NCBI GenBank assembly: GCA_963796275.1
Contig: CAWCKY010000006.1
Coordinates: 1,824,001-1,888,000, forward strand
Direction of reading: 5' to 3'
Source of the DNA: an uncultured Acidobacteriota bacterium
GTDB taxonomy: Bacteria > Acidobacteriota > Blastocatellia > RBC074
DNA length: 64,000 nt
Shown here: piece by piece, positions 39,789 to 49,508 of the stretch
How positions within the stretch are numbered: position 1 is the first letter of the stretch
Layout of the letters: each line of letters opens with the position of its first letter
Made by a program: the position numbers and the translations under genes
The notes under the pieces: model-generated
Told to the model about the DNA's origin: nothing
Database searches by the model: none
Seen by the model: the letters and a program-made list of their open reading frames with translations, nothing else

Positions 39789-40427
39789 CTACTTATTATT
39801 ATGCGAGCCGGTCAAAGCGGTCATCGTGCCGAGCCCGAAATAAACGCTTCCAGCGAAATAGCGTTGAATTCGGAAGAACCTGGGATTACCGCGCAGCAGA
39901 TTTCCGATGCTTCCGGCCAGGAGCGCGTAAGTCGAATCGCTCAAGGTTCCCAATACGATCAATATTGCGCCCAGAAACAGGATCTGTCCCACCATCGAAC
40001 CGCGCTTCACATCGATAAATTGCGGCAGAAAAGCGAAGAAGAATAACGCGCTCTTCGGATTTAAAACATGAACCAAAATACCTTGATAAAAAGTGCGGCT
40101 TAAACTTTTCTCCTCGACCTTTTCTTTCTTTACAATCTCTTCCCGCGTCAACAACGTTTTAATACCGAGATAGACGAGATAGGCTGCGCCCACGTATTTC
40201 ACGATGTTAAAAGCCAGAGCCGATGATAAAAGTAACGCCGACACGCCGAAAGCGGCTGCGGCGATATGGAACAGCGTGCCTACTTGAATCCCCAGGCTCG
40301 ATACGATTCCAGCTTTGCGTCCCTGTTGAACGCTGCGGGTAATGATGTAGAGGGTGTTCGGCCCCGGCATTAACACTAAAATCAAGGCTGCGGTAATGAA
40401 TAGGGATAGCATCGACCAGTCCGGCAT
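39789..40427 (-). CDS. LysE/RhtB family translocator
   Basis: PGPN, GRKAG, KYVGAAYLVYLG, LNPKSALFF.AFLPQF. Confidence 0.92.
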   Translation of the reverse strand: MPDWSMLSLFITAALILVLMPGPNTLYIITRSVQQGRKAGIVSSLGIQVGTLFHIAAAAFGVSALLLSSALAFNIVKYVGAAYLVYLGIKTLLTREEIVKKEKVEEKSLSRTFYQGILVHVLNPKSALFFFAFLPQFIDVKRGSMVGQILFLGAILIVLGTLSDSTYALLAGSIGNLLRGNPRFFRIQRYFAGSVYFGLGTMTALTGSHNNK

Positions 40428-40646
40428 GTTTATTTCCTTATCTAATTTTAGAAGATTCACCACGTAAACTCCGAAAGATTACCAAGCAAAAAGAAACTGT
40501 AACACTCATATACCGTGAGACGCATCGATTCGCGTAGTGACGGTCGATTCACGATTGCTCAACCGTCGCTACGCGACTTGGGAAGTCATGAAATGCCGAC
40601 CCGCCCTTAATGGTCTTGAAAAAATAACCTGATGGTCCCTCTCCAC

Positions 40647-41173
40647 CTATTGAGCTTCAGGCGATAAAGTTTCACAAAGATTGCCTGCTTCGCTTTCGCC
40701 CGCGTAGCGGCGCTAAGAATGTAGCCCGTTTCAACGCCTTGTTATGCCCAAACTTTGGCACGAATTGCACACCTCCTCGTCGCGTAGCGACGGCGTGAAT
40801 GTAGCCGTGCGTTTTAACGCACGGAAAGCCAGTAAAAGGCTCCGCGTCGCGTCAGCGACGGTTGAATCAAGCGTCGCTGACGCGACGCGGGGACAATCTC
40901 ACGTGTCTACCGTGGGTTGAAACACGGCTACAATCAGCCGCCGCTAACGCGGCGAGGAAATGTGGCTTCCGTGAAAAGATATGGGTAACGACAGGTATTT
41001 ATCTCACGGAAAGACAGCCATTGGTTGAAACTGTTGAACCCCACGGCTACATTCACGCCGTCGCTACGCGACGCTGGATGGCGGTGCCGGCGTTGAAGCG
41101 CCGGATTAGACTCACCCTTGCCGCTACGCGGTAATTCGGGCTGGGCGTTAAACGACCAACTGAAGCTCGATAG
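40647..41173. mobile_element. MITE-like element, right copy, inverted relative to 38405-38827
   Basis: TIRs CTATTGAGCTTCAG (40647-40660) and CTGAAGCTCGATAG (41160-41173). Its reverse complement aligns along the left copy, with about 110 bp extra at 40924-41033. Confidence 0.78.
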
Positions 41174-41203
41174 ATGCCAGTAAAGTAGTGAATTTTCTAT
41201 TCT

Positions 41204-41674
41204 TTATTCATGTTGAATGGAGCCAGGCTGGTAATCACCAGGCAACACCCGGAAACCGATGCACAGGCGGTTCCATCCATTGATGGTGATGATGGCGACC
41301 GTCAGATTGACCAGCTCTTCTTCGCTGAAACGTTGAATAACTTCATTGTAAACCTCGTCCGGCACATGATCCTCGCTGACCATCGTGATCGATTCGGTCC
41401 AGGCCAGCGCGGCTCGTTCCCGGTCGCTGTAGAAAGGCGACTCCCGCCAGGCGCTCAGACAGTAAAGTCGTTGCTCAGTCTCGCCTGCCGCCCGCGCATC
41501 CTTGGTATGCATATCGAGGCAGAATGCGCAACCGTTGATCTGCGAAGCGCGCAATCGCACCAGTTCCAGCAGAGGTAGTTCGAGACGGGACGATTTTCTC
41601 ACATAACCCTCCAACGCCGACATCGCCCGGTACGCCCCCGGCGCAACTTTCATCGCATCAATTCGTTTCTGCAT
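41204..41674 (-). CDS. Carboxymuconolactone decarboxylase / AhpD-like protein
   Basis: ELVRLRASQINGCAFCLDMH, WRES, ERAAL, INGWNR. Confidence 0.9.
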   Translation of the reverse strand: MQKRIDAMKVAPGAYRAMSALEGYVRKSSRLELPLLELVRLRASQINGCAFCLDMHTKDARAAGETEQRLYCLSAWRESPFYSDRERAALAWTESITMVSEDHVPDEVYNEVIQRFSEEELVNLTVAIITINGWNRLCIGFRVLPGDYQPGSIQHE

Positions 41675-41753
41675 TTTCATCTCCTTCATTGAGCTTCTCA
41701 TTTTTATTTACGGCGCTTGCCGTTTCTTCGTGCCGGATACATCATAGCGATTT

Positions 41754-41800
41754 AGTGGACTTGCTGACAGCTCCATAATTTGTATGTTGACTGGTCCACT
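41754..41800. promoter_or_regulatory. Putative MocR/GabR operator
   Basis: Inverted repeat AGTGGAC-N33-GTCCACT between the divergent AhpD-like gene and the MocR gene. Confidence 0.55.
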
Positions 41801-41809
41801 TTAGAAGGG

Positions 41810-43321
41810 ATGGCATTAGACAATTTGGGCAAAAAAGAGAGTTTTCAGGATCTGTCGCTGATGCAGCCACAGGATGGCAAAGAGAAATGGCGCTGGCTCT
41901 ATCGCGAATTGCGAACAGCCATCCTCGATGGCAGGCTCAAGCCGGGGAGCCGCATGCCATCGACGCGAAACCTGGCGGAGCAATACGATATCTCGCGCGG
42001 GACGGTGGTCGTCGCATTCGATCATCTGCGGAGCGAAGGTTATCTCGAGACCCAGGTCGGTGCGGGAACATTTGTTGCCTCGAACCTGCCCGACGACTCG
42101 CTGTCAGCGAAGCGGAGCAGGGAACGACTTTCCGATCGGAGCTCAAGGGCGAAACTTTCCAGACGCGGGAGGCTTGCCGGTGAAAATGTACCTGTGGCTC
42201 CGGTCTTTCACACCGTCGGAAGGGCCTTCCGCTCGTACGAGCCGGCCCTCGACCTCTTTCCAGTTGCCCTCTGGTCCCGTGTTGCCGGCAGGGTTCTACG
42301 GAATGCGCCGCGGAACCTTTACGGAAATGGAGATATCAAGGGATACCTGCCGCTCCGAAGAGCCATTGCTGAATATGTCGGAGCTGTGCGTGGGGTACGT
42401 TGCGATCCTGATCAGGTGATCATAACAACGGGGACTCAACCGGCGCTGGATCTCATCGCACGCATGGTTCTGGATCCCGGCGATTGTACTTGGATGGAGG
42501 ACCCGGGCTATCCGGGAACTGTCTACGCATTTCGCGGTGCCGGAGCGAAGCTCGTTCCTGTTCCGGTAGATCAAGAGGGGCTCGATGTGGAATGGGCGAA
42601 GCGGAGAGCGCCCGGGGCAAAATTAGCCTACGTAACGCCATCCAACCAGTTTCCGCTCGGAGTTTCGATGTCGCTCGCGCGGCGGCGAGCGCTGCTGGAC
42701 TGGGCGGAAGCGCGAGCGGCCTGGATCGTGGAAGATGACTTCGACTCTGAATACCGTTACTCGGGCCGCCCGCTCGCCGCGCTTCAAAGTCTGGACCAAT
42801 CCGGTTCCGTGATTTATGTCAGCACATTCACCAAGATACTCTTCAACGCGTTGAGGCTGGGGTTTATGGTGCTTCCGCCGCGGCTGGTCGAGCCTTTCGC
42901 CGCCGCCAGGAACTGCATCGATCGGCATCCCCCGACTCTCGATCAGGCAATACTCGCTGAATTTATCCTGGAAGGACACTTCGGTCATCACATTCGCCGC
43001 ATGCGTCAGGTCTATACGGAGCGCATGGCCGTGCTCGCCGAGGCTGCGGAGCACCGGCTGGGCGGACTGCTAGAAGTGGTGAAGGCGGTGACGGGTATGA
43101 GAACAGTAGCATGGCTGCAGACCGGAGAGGATGACCAGAGCGCACATGCGAGGGCGAGCGCGCAAGGTTTGGAACTCGCCGCGCTTTCATCATTCACTCT
43201 CCGCCATCCCGTGCGAAACGGGTTGATACTCGGGTTCGCCGGCTCCAGCCCGTCTGAACTGCGACGAGGTGTAAATGTCCTTGCGGCAGTGCTGGAACGC
43301 GGGAGGAAACTTCGCCCTTAA
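41810..43321 (+). CDS. MocR/GabR family regulator (GntR HTH + PLP aminotransferase-like domain)
   Basis: GRLKPGSRMPSTRNLA...SRGTV, EDPGY, YVTPSNQFPLG, EDDFDSEYRY, TFTK, LRLG. Confidence 0.92.
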   Translation: MALDNLGKKESFQDLSLMQPQDGKEKWRWLYRELRTAILDGRLKPGSRMPSTRNLAEQYDISRGTVVVAFDHLRSEGYLETQVGAGTFVASNLPDDSLSAKRSRERLSDRSSRAKLSRRGRLAGENVPVAPVFHTVGRAFRSYEPALDLFPVALWSRVAGRVLRNAPRNLYGNGDIKGYLPLRRAIAEYVGAVRGVRCDPDQVIITTGTQPALDLIARMVLDPGDCTWMEDPGYPGTVYAFRGAGAKLVPVPVDQEGLDVEWAKRRAPGAKLAYVTPSNQFPLGVSMSLARRRALLDWAEARAAWIVEDDFDSEYRYSGRPLAALQSLDQSGSVIYVSTFTKILFNALRLGFMVLPPRLVEPFAAARNCIDRHPPTLDQAILAEFILEGHFGHHIRRMRQVYTERMAVLAEAAEHRLGGLLEVVKAVTGMRTVAWLQTGEDDQSAHARASAQGLELAALSSFTLRHPVRNGLILGFAGSSPSELRRGVNVLAAVLERGRKLRP

Positions 43322-43384
43322 GGAAACGGCATATTCACCGCTCAATGATTCGCTTCATTTATTTTGAGGACATTTAGGTTCAGT

Positions 43385-44646
43385 TCAGTGGCTTTGAACC
43401 TCGCGCAGGCGGCGCTCGAGATATCTGCGCTCGCTCTCATTGGTGACCAGCGCCAGCGCTCGTTTGTAGCTTTTCGCTGCTTCTCCCAAAGACCCGGCGC
43501 GGCGCAACAGATCAGCGCGTGCGGCGTGCAGCAGGTGATAATCGTCCAGATCGCCGCTGGCGGCCAGCGCATCGATGAGGGTCGAGCCCACTCTTTGGGC
43601 CGTCGACCATGGCGACAGCCACAGCCCGGTTGAGCGATACGATAGGAGAGGGCTGCAGACGTTCGAGGATGTTGTAGAGCCCGACGATTTGGGGCCAGTC
43701 GGTGTCTTCTGCGCGTGCCGCCTGGCAATGCAGCGCCGCGATTGCCGCCTGCAACGCATATGGACCGGGTCCGTCGCGAAAAGCCTCCTCGACCAACGGC
43801 AGCGCCTCGGCAATCTGCTGCCCGTTCCAACGGCGGCGATCCTGATCTTCGAGCACGACGAGATCGCCGGCTTCATCGAGACGGGCCTCGCGCCGCGAAT
43901 CGTGAAGCAGCATGAGCGCGAGGAGCGCCGTCGCTTCAGCTGGCGGTTGCGGCGCCATCAACATCCGCACCAGTCGGCCGAGCCGAATAGCCTCCGCGCA
44001 GAGATCAGCCCTCAACAGCGGCCCGCCCCGGGTCGCCACATAGCCTTCATTGAAGATGAGATAGATCACCGTCAGAACAGCGTCGAGCGCGCTCGGGCAT
44101 ATCGTTCGTGTCGGGCATCGAATATGGAATGCCCGCGTCGCGAATCTTCCGCTTGGCGCGTACGAGCCGCTGCGCCATCGTCGCGGTGGGCACAAGAAAC
44201 GCGCGTGCGATCTCTTCCGTCTCAAGGCCGCCCAGCGTGCGGAGCGTCAGCGCTACCTGAGCTTCGAGCGTCAGCGCCGGGTGGCAGCACGTGAAGATCA
44301 GCCGAAGTCGATCGTCCGGTATTTCGTCAGTATCATAATTCGGCTCCTCCATCGTCCGGATCAGCCCGGACTCAACGTACGATTCAATTTTTTCCGCAAA
44401 CCGCGTACGGCGACGGATGCGGTCGATGGCCTTGTGCCGGGCAGTCTGGATGATCCACGCGCGGGGGAACTCAGGGACGCCGGTGGCCGGCCACTGGTCG
44501 ACCGCGGCCGCGAAGGCTTCCTGCGCCACCTCTTCGGCGAGGTCGAAGTCGCCCACGAGCCTGATCAGAGTTGCGACGATCATCCCCCAGTCGGAGCGAT
44601 AGACCGAGTCTATGGTTGAGTTAGCTGAATTTGCATTGTGGAGCAT
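43385..44646 (-). pseudogene. ECF42-type sigma factor with C-terminal TPR-like extension, interrupted by two single-base frameshifts (real lesions or assembly errors)
   Basis: DFDLAEE, DDRLRLIFTCCHPAL, AQRLVRAK / YLIFNEGY, QDRRRW, PGPYALQAAIAALH, LNRAVA / YHLLHAARADLL. One extra base near 44091 and one near 43584. Confidence 0.88.
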
Positions 44647-44675
44647 TCCTAATTATAGAAAAATTAGTGGTGTAG

Positions 44676-44702
44676 TGTCGATTCGCGCCCTCCCCGTTCG
44701 AC
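44676..44702 (+). promoter_or_regulatory. ECF42-type promoter TGTCGA-N17-CGAC
   Basis: TGTCGA ttcgcgccctccccgtt CGAC, next to the ECF42 gene and pointing at the VOC gene. Confidence 0.75.
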
Positions 44703-44785
44703 TATATATTAAAGAAGCGAATAGTCGGGCCTATTTGGCACCGGGGAAGGCGTTTAGTTCATATTTTAGGTGAAGGAGGGAGAAA

Positions 44786-45163
44786 ATGTTCAAAGATACC
44801 AAAGCATTTAGCGGTTTTTCCGTAGACGATTTGCAGAAGGCTCAGAAATTTTACGGGCAGACTCTCGGCCTGGAGGTTACCAAAGACGATGACCTCTTGT
44901 TTCTTAATATCGCCGGGGGAGTAAAGATCGTTATATACCCTAAGCCGAACCATGTGCCGGCGACCTTTACGATCCTAAACTTTCCCGTAGAGGATGTTGA
45001 AGGAGCCGTAGATGAACTTACCAGTCGCGGTGTGAAGTTCGAACGCTACGATCAGAAGGAGCTGAAGACCGATGAAAAAGGCATCCATCGCTCCGGAGGA
45101 ATGTCGATCGCATGGTTCAGGGACACGGCCGGTAATATTCTGTCTGTGCTTGAGGAAAAGTAA
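44786..45163 (+). CDS. VOC/glyoxalase family protein
   Basis: [45 protein letters not shown]; AAGGAGG RBS. Confidence 0.9.
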   Translation: MFKDTKAFSGFSVDDLQKAQKFYGQTLGLEVTKDDDLLFLNIAGGVKIVIYPKPNHVPATFTILNFPVEDVEGAVDELTSRGVKFERYDQKELKTDEKGIHRSGGMSIAWFRDTAGNILSVLEEK

Positions 45164-45170
45164 TAACTTA

Positions 45171-45220
45171 TAACCGGAAGCAACCGGAAGTAACCGGAAG
45201 CAACCGGAAGTAACCGGAAA
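45171..45220 (+). repeat. 10-bp tandem repeat (YAACCGGAAG) x5
   Basis: taaccggaag caaccggaag taaccggaag caaccggaag taaccggaaa. Confidence 0.9.
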
Positions 45221-45449
45221 TATACCTTTCAGGGAAAGATGGGGTTGAGTTTCATACCTGCTTGGTATTCGTGTGTCGGGGGGGGCTTTACCTGATTCGC
45301 CCTGCATTTGTTACGAAGTCGTTCATACACGTGCGACTTGATGAAAGGTTGAAATGGAAGGACTTACCGATTTTTCTCAAAATGTCATCAAATCTATGAA
45401 AACCTGGTAAATCATATATATTTCTTATCTATGTCATGGAGTTAAAAAG

Positions 45450-47913
45450 ATGATCCTGGGCTTGTTCCTCCGCGATTTGAGAATCGCCCTCCGGTCGCTC
45501 ACCCGCGCCAAAGGGCTTACGATTACGGTGGTGCTCACGCTTGCGCTCGGCATCGGCGCCAACGCTGCTATTTTCAGTGTGGTGCGCGGCGTGTTGCTGC
45601 GGCCGCTCGTCAATCGCGACGAGAACACGTTGATCTATATCCGCCAGAGCGCCCGGGGCATAGACGCCGACAACGTAACGTTCTCCGTTCCGGAAATTCA
45701 AGATTTACGCGAACGGCGTTAAAACGCTAAGTGCATTCGGCGATTTCTCGACTATCGGTTTCACCATGGTCGGACTCGGTGAGCCGCGCGAAGTTCGTGC
45801 GGGGGTCGTTGGCGGATCGTATTTTGAGGTGATGGGGTTGCGACCTGTACTCGGCCGGCTGCTTGGGCCGGGAGATGACGGCCCTAATGCTGCCGGCGCT
45901 GCGGTGCTTACTCATCGCTTTTGGACGACTGTGTTCAATAACGATCCGAGCGTGGTCGGCAAAACCGTGAGACTCGGCGAACGCTCGGCCGTCATCGTGG
46001 GCGTATTGGAACCATCGGTACCATACCCTGCCGAGACCGAGATCATTGCTAACGTCGTAACGAGCCCGCACCATCTGTCGGCGACAATGGTGACCGGACG
46101 GGTCCACCGGATGACGGAGCTGTTCGGCCGCTTGGCCCCCGGAGTAGACCTCGAGACGGCGCGCGCCGAGTTGCGCCTCGCCCATGGGGCGATTTTAAAA
46201 GAACATCCCGAGGCATATTCGGCGAAAGCGGACTACCGGATTGAAGCCGTGCGGTTGCGCGACCAGATCACTTCGCGTGCCAAGACTGTTCTGTTGGTTT
46301 TGCTGGCGGCGTCGGCGCTCGTTTTCGTCATCGCGTGCTCGAATGTCGCCAACCTGATCCTGGCTCGGACGGTTCGGCGCGAAGGCGAGCTGTCGATCCG
46401 CGCGGCGCTCGGTGCAAGCACCGGCGCGCTGCGGCGAATGCTGCTGGCGGAAACCATCCTTCTATGCGGCGCCGGCGCTGCGCTCGGCGTAATGAGCGCG
46501 CGGCCGATGGTGTCCATCCTGGCCCGCTATACTTCCCGTTTCTCAGTGCGCGCGCTCGATATGACAGTCGACTCAAGCATGCTCTGGATCGGCGCAGCGC
46601 TGGCTGTCATCGCAGCCGTGCTTTTGGCGTTTGTCCCGCGCCTGCCGGAAGCCAATACGTCGCAGGGTTTCGGCCTGTCGAGCGGCAGCCTGCGTATAAC
46701 CGGCAGCACAAGCCGCCGGCTGCGGATCTTCGCCATGACGCAGATCGCCGCATCCTTCGTGTTGTTGGCCGGCGCCGGCATGTTGCTCAAGACGCTGCTC
46801 GCGCTTCAAGCCGCGCCGACTGGCTTAGATATACGTAAAGTGCTTGCTATGAACGTACCCGTGATGTCGTATGGAAAAACGCCCGACCAGATTGTGGCAT
46901 TTTACAAGGAAACGATCAGACGCATAACAGAGCTCCCGGGTGTAAATAGCGTTGCGGTCGGTACTGTCATTCCCTGGCGTGACGCGGGCATCTTCGGCCC
47001 GGGTTTGGAGTTCACGGCGGATGGATTCGTCCGCGCGCCGGGAGAAGAGTTTCCGCGCGCGCGCTTCCGAACCGTCTCGCCCGGGTTTTTCGCCGCGCTC
47101 GGCGTTCCTCTCATAGCCGGACGCGATTTCAACGATTCCGATCGCCGGGGCGGTGAGCCGGTCGTAATCGTGAGCCAGAGCCTGGCGCAGCGTATGTTTC
47201 CGAATCAAGATGCGGTCAACCGCCACATCATGTGGAACGATCCGGTGATTAAGTTCATCGACGTCAGCTCGGCGCCTCGGCGCATTATCGGCGTAGCCCT
47301 CGATGTCGACGATGAGAATGTCGTGCCGGGGCCGGCGCTGAGCGTCTATCACCCCTTCGAGCAGCAGGATATCTGGGGCGGTCGCCTGTTCGTTCATACG
47401 TTTGCTAATCCGTATGCGCTGGTAACGCCGATCAAGCGTATTATCCGCGATCTCGCCAATGATCAACCGGTCGAAGGCGCGGCGACGCTAGAAGACATAC
47501 GCGCGGAGGTGTTGACTCCCGATCGGCTTAACACGGTGGTATTCGGCGGATTCGCTACCCTCGCTCTTGCCATCTCTGTCGTCGGAATTGCCGGCGTGCT
47601 CGCCTTTTCGGTCAGCGGTCGAACGCGCGAGTTCGGAGTCCGCCTGGCGCTGGGCGCACAACCGCGCGGGATTCTCGCAAACGTGATCGTTGAAGGTATT
47701 GTGATTGCAATGATCGGCGTTGCGGCGGGCGCGTTATTAGGCTTCGCGTTCTCGCGGCTGATCGGTAGTTACTTTCAAAATATGGAGTTGCCCGGTCTGA
47801 TGCCGTTGATTGGAGCGGCCATCGTTATCCTGGTTGCCACGATAATCGCGTCCGTACTTCCGGCAGCGCGCGCCGCCCGCGTCGACGTGATGCAATCGCT
47901 GAGATCGGAGTGA
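45450..47913 (+). CDS. ADOP-type ABC permease with one +1 frameshift near 45716
   Basis: RDLRIALRSL...[13 protein letters not shown]; after removing one G the reading continues DLRERVKTLSAFGDFS into the 715-aa ORF (IACSNVANL, RAALGA, REFGVRLALGA, PAARAARVD). Confidence 0.85.
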
Positions 47914-47929
47914 GGTTCTTGATGATCGA

Positions 47930-48018
47930 CGAATCAGTACCGCGAGCGGTAGCGAGCGTGTCTCAATCAAACAACTGGTTCGGGTACAACGCTCGCTACC
48001 GCTCGCGGTACTGATTCA
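47930..48018. repeat. REP-like inverted repeat between convergent genes
   Basis: GAATCAGTACCGCGAGCGGTAGCGAGCG ... CGCTCGCTACCGCTCGCGGTACTGATTC, a perfect 28-bp stem. Confidence 0.85.
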
Positions 48019-48062
48019 CTTAAAACATCAAATAATTTAGATTTAGTTTACCGAGTGTTTAT

Positions 48063-48368
48063 TTATGCCATTTCTCTCTTTTTTGCCTTTTTTGTTTCTG
48101 CTCCCTCCTCGACCGAATCGCCAGTGCGCGCGTGCAGCAATATTCGATAGAAATAGATGATAGCAATTGCCGAAGTTATTGAGAGTATCCAACCGGCATC
48201 ATTTTGCGGGCCGAGGACAAGATAAGCGATGAATGTTCCGGCCGCTGAGCCGGCCAACCCGATGAGGGCCGTCACGATGACTCCACCTCGCTCATCCCCG
48301 GGCATAACCAGCTTAGCAACTGTGCCTACGATCAATCCGACAAATATTTGCCCGGCCAGTTGAAACAT
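48063..48368 (-). CDS. GlsB/YeaQ/YmgE transglycosylase-associated membrane protein
   Basis: IFVGLIVGTVAKLVMPG...GG...T.LIG.AGS..G; AAGGAGG RBS. Confidence 0.85.
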   Translation of the reverse strand: MFQLAGQIFVGLIVGTVAKLVMPGDERGGVIVTALIGLAGSAAGTFIAYLVLGPQNDAGWILSITSAIAIIYFYRILLHARTGDSVEEGAETKKAKKREMA

Positions 48369-48455
48369 GCCTCCTCCTTCTGTCTTTTATGGGCCGGCAG
48401 TCGATAAAACAATTATTCGCATTCCATCGACTGCCGGCAGACTTCTGTGCGCGTC

Positions 48456-48911
48456 CTACTGCTTCGTTTTGGATTTTTTACTTGTGCCTGTAGAGCTCGG
48501 AGAGCTCGATTCAGCTTTCTCCACCGAAATGTTGTTTACGACCTGTTTGGCGCCACAAGATTTGGCTATGGAATTGACCCCGCTTTTACTGTTCGAGTTC
48601 TTGGTTGTGCCCGTGAAAGTAGCAACACCATTGTTCATTGATAGGTTGAAACCCTGATTCTTGAGCTTTTGGTCACTGCCCATCTTTGACTCAATGCAAG
48701 ATTGTATATCGGAGTCGCGCTTCGTCGCGGTCATGTGCTTTGCCGTTTTGGTCGATTGCGAAAGGCTGTAACCGGTTGGCGCGTTCTTCTTGGCCGCAGA
48801 TTTTTGCCCCGACTGCCCCGATTGCCCCGTTTGTCCCGTTTGTCCGAGCGCGCTCATAACTAGAACAGCAGAGAGCGCCAAATTGCTTAAGACGATAGTA
48901 GCTTTTTTCAT
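48456..48911 (-). CDS. Exported BON-domain protein
   Basis: Signal peptide, GQT/GQS repeats, DSDIQ...NGVATFTG...GAKQVVNNISV. Confidence 0.8.
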   Translation of the reverse strand: MKKATIVLSNLALSAVLVMSALGQTGQTGQSGQSGQKSAAKKNAPTGYSLSQSTKTAKHMTATKRDSDIQSCIESKMGSDQKLKNQGFNLSMNNGVATFTGTTKNSNSKSGVNSIAKSCGAKQVVNNISVEKAESSSPSSTGTSKKSKTKQ

Positions 48912-49173
48912 AAGGCTTCCTTCCTGTTTTGATCTTCAGGTATTCGGCGGCGAGGACTGATCGATTCGCTCAATCGCTCGCGCCACAAGAGTGCGACCAC
49001 GGGACACACGGGGAAACTCAGAGTGGATTGCCCCGTGTCCCTCCGTGGTTTCTCGCTCGCTTGCTGCCTGGGGAATGCCGGTTTTCCAATCTCCCGTTCC
49101 GGCTGCAGCGCGATGCTCGACCAGGCGTCTCGCTTGAACCTGATCTAACATTCCCAGAGCGCACACGATTGAG

Positions 49174-49189
49174 TGCAATCCCGATGCCG
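49174..49189 (-). promoter_or_regulatory. Putative sigma54 promoter for the BON/YeaQ genes
   Basis: Minus strand CGGCATCGGGATTGCA (GG-N10-GC). Confidence 0.5.
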
Positions 49190-49455
49190 CGATTGAGCAA
49201 ATTGAATCGTAGCGACAGGGCGGCTGATTGATGGCCGCCGAGATTGAATGGGTCAATGATATTAAGCAGATCAGGAGTTCGGTTTATCCGTTCGATCCTG
49301 CCATGCGCGTTCTGCGGAGCGGGGCGGTTTTGCGTGTAGCGAGGCAGTTTTGCTTACTGGCAATCGCGAGAGCGGCGATGTTCAGGCATTCAGGGTACTC
49401 GTCGAATGTCACATAGATTGACGGGATGTTCGCCGTGAGGGAATCAGTAAAAGTA

Positions 49456-49471
49456 TGGCACCGCGTATGCA
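49456..49471 (+). promoter_or_regulatory. Putative sigma54 promoter for the two-component operon
   Basis: TGGCACCGCGTATGCA (GG-N10-GC), 38 bp before ATG 49509. Confidence 0.55.
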
Positions 49472-49508
49472 GTACTATCCGAATGGATATCTTTGTTACG
49501 ATAGGGGC

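Noticed and set aside
38478-41045. GTTTCAAC / GTTGAAAC motifs resembling CRISPR repeat ends
   Set aside because: They are loops of REP palindromes, irregularly spaced, with no unique spacers and no cas genes.
38444-41134. ORFs 38444-38731, 38482-38676 and 40862-41134 (shared DNLTCLPWVETRL)
   Set aside because: Translations of the MITE/REP sequence; the similarity simply reflects the DNA repeat.
45171-45220. Tandem repeat as a mini-CRISPR
   Set aside because: 10-bp contiguous units with no spacers.
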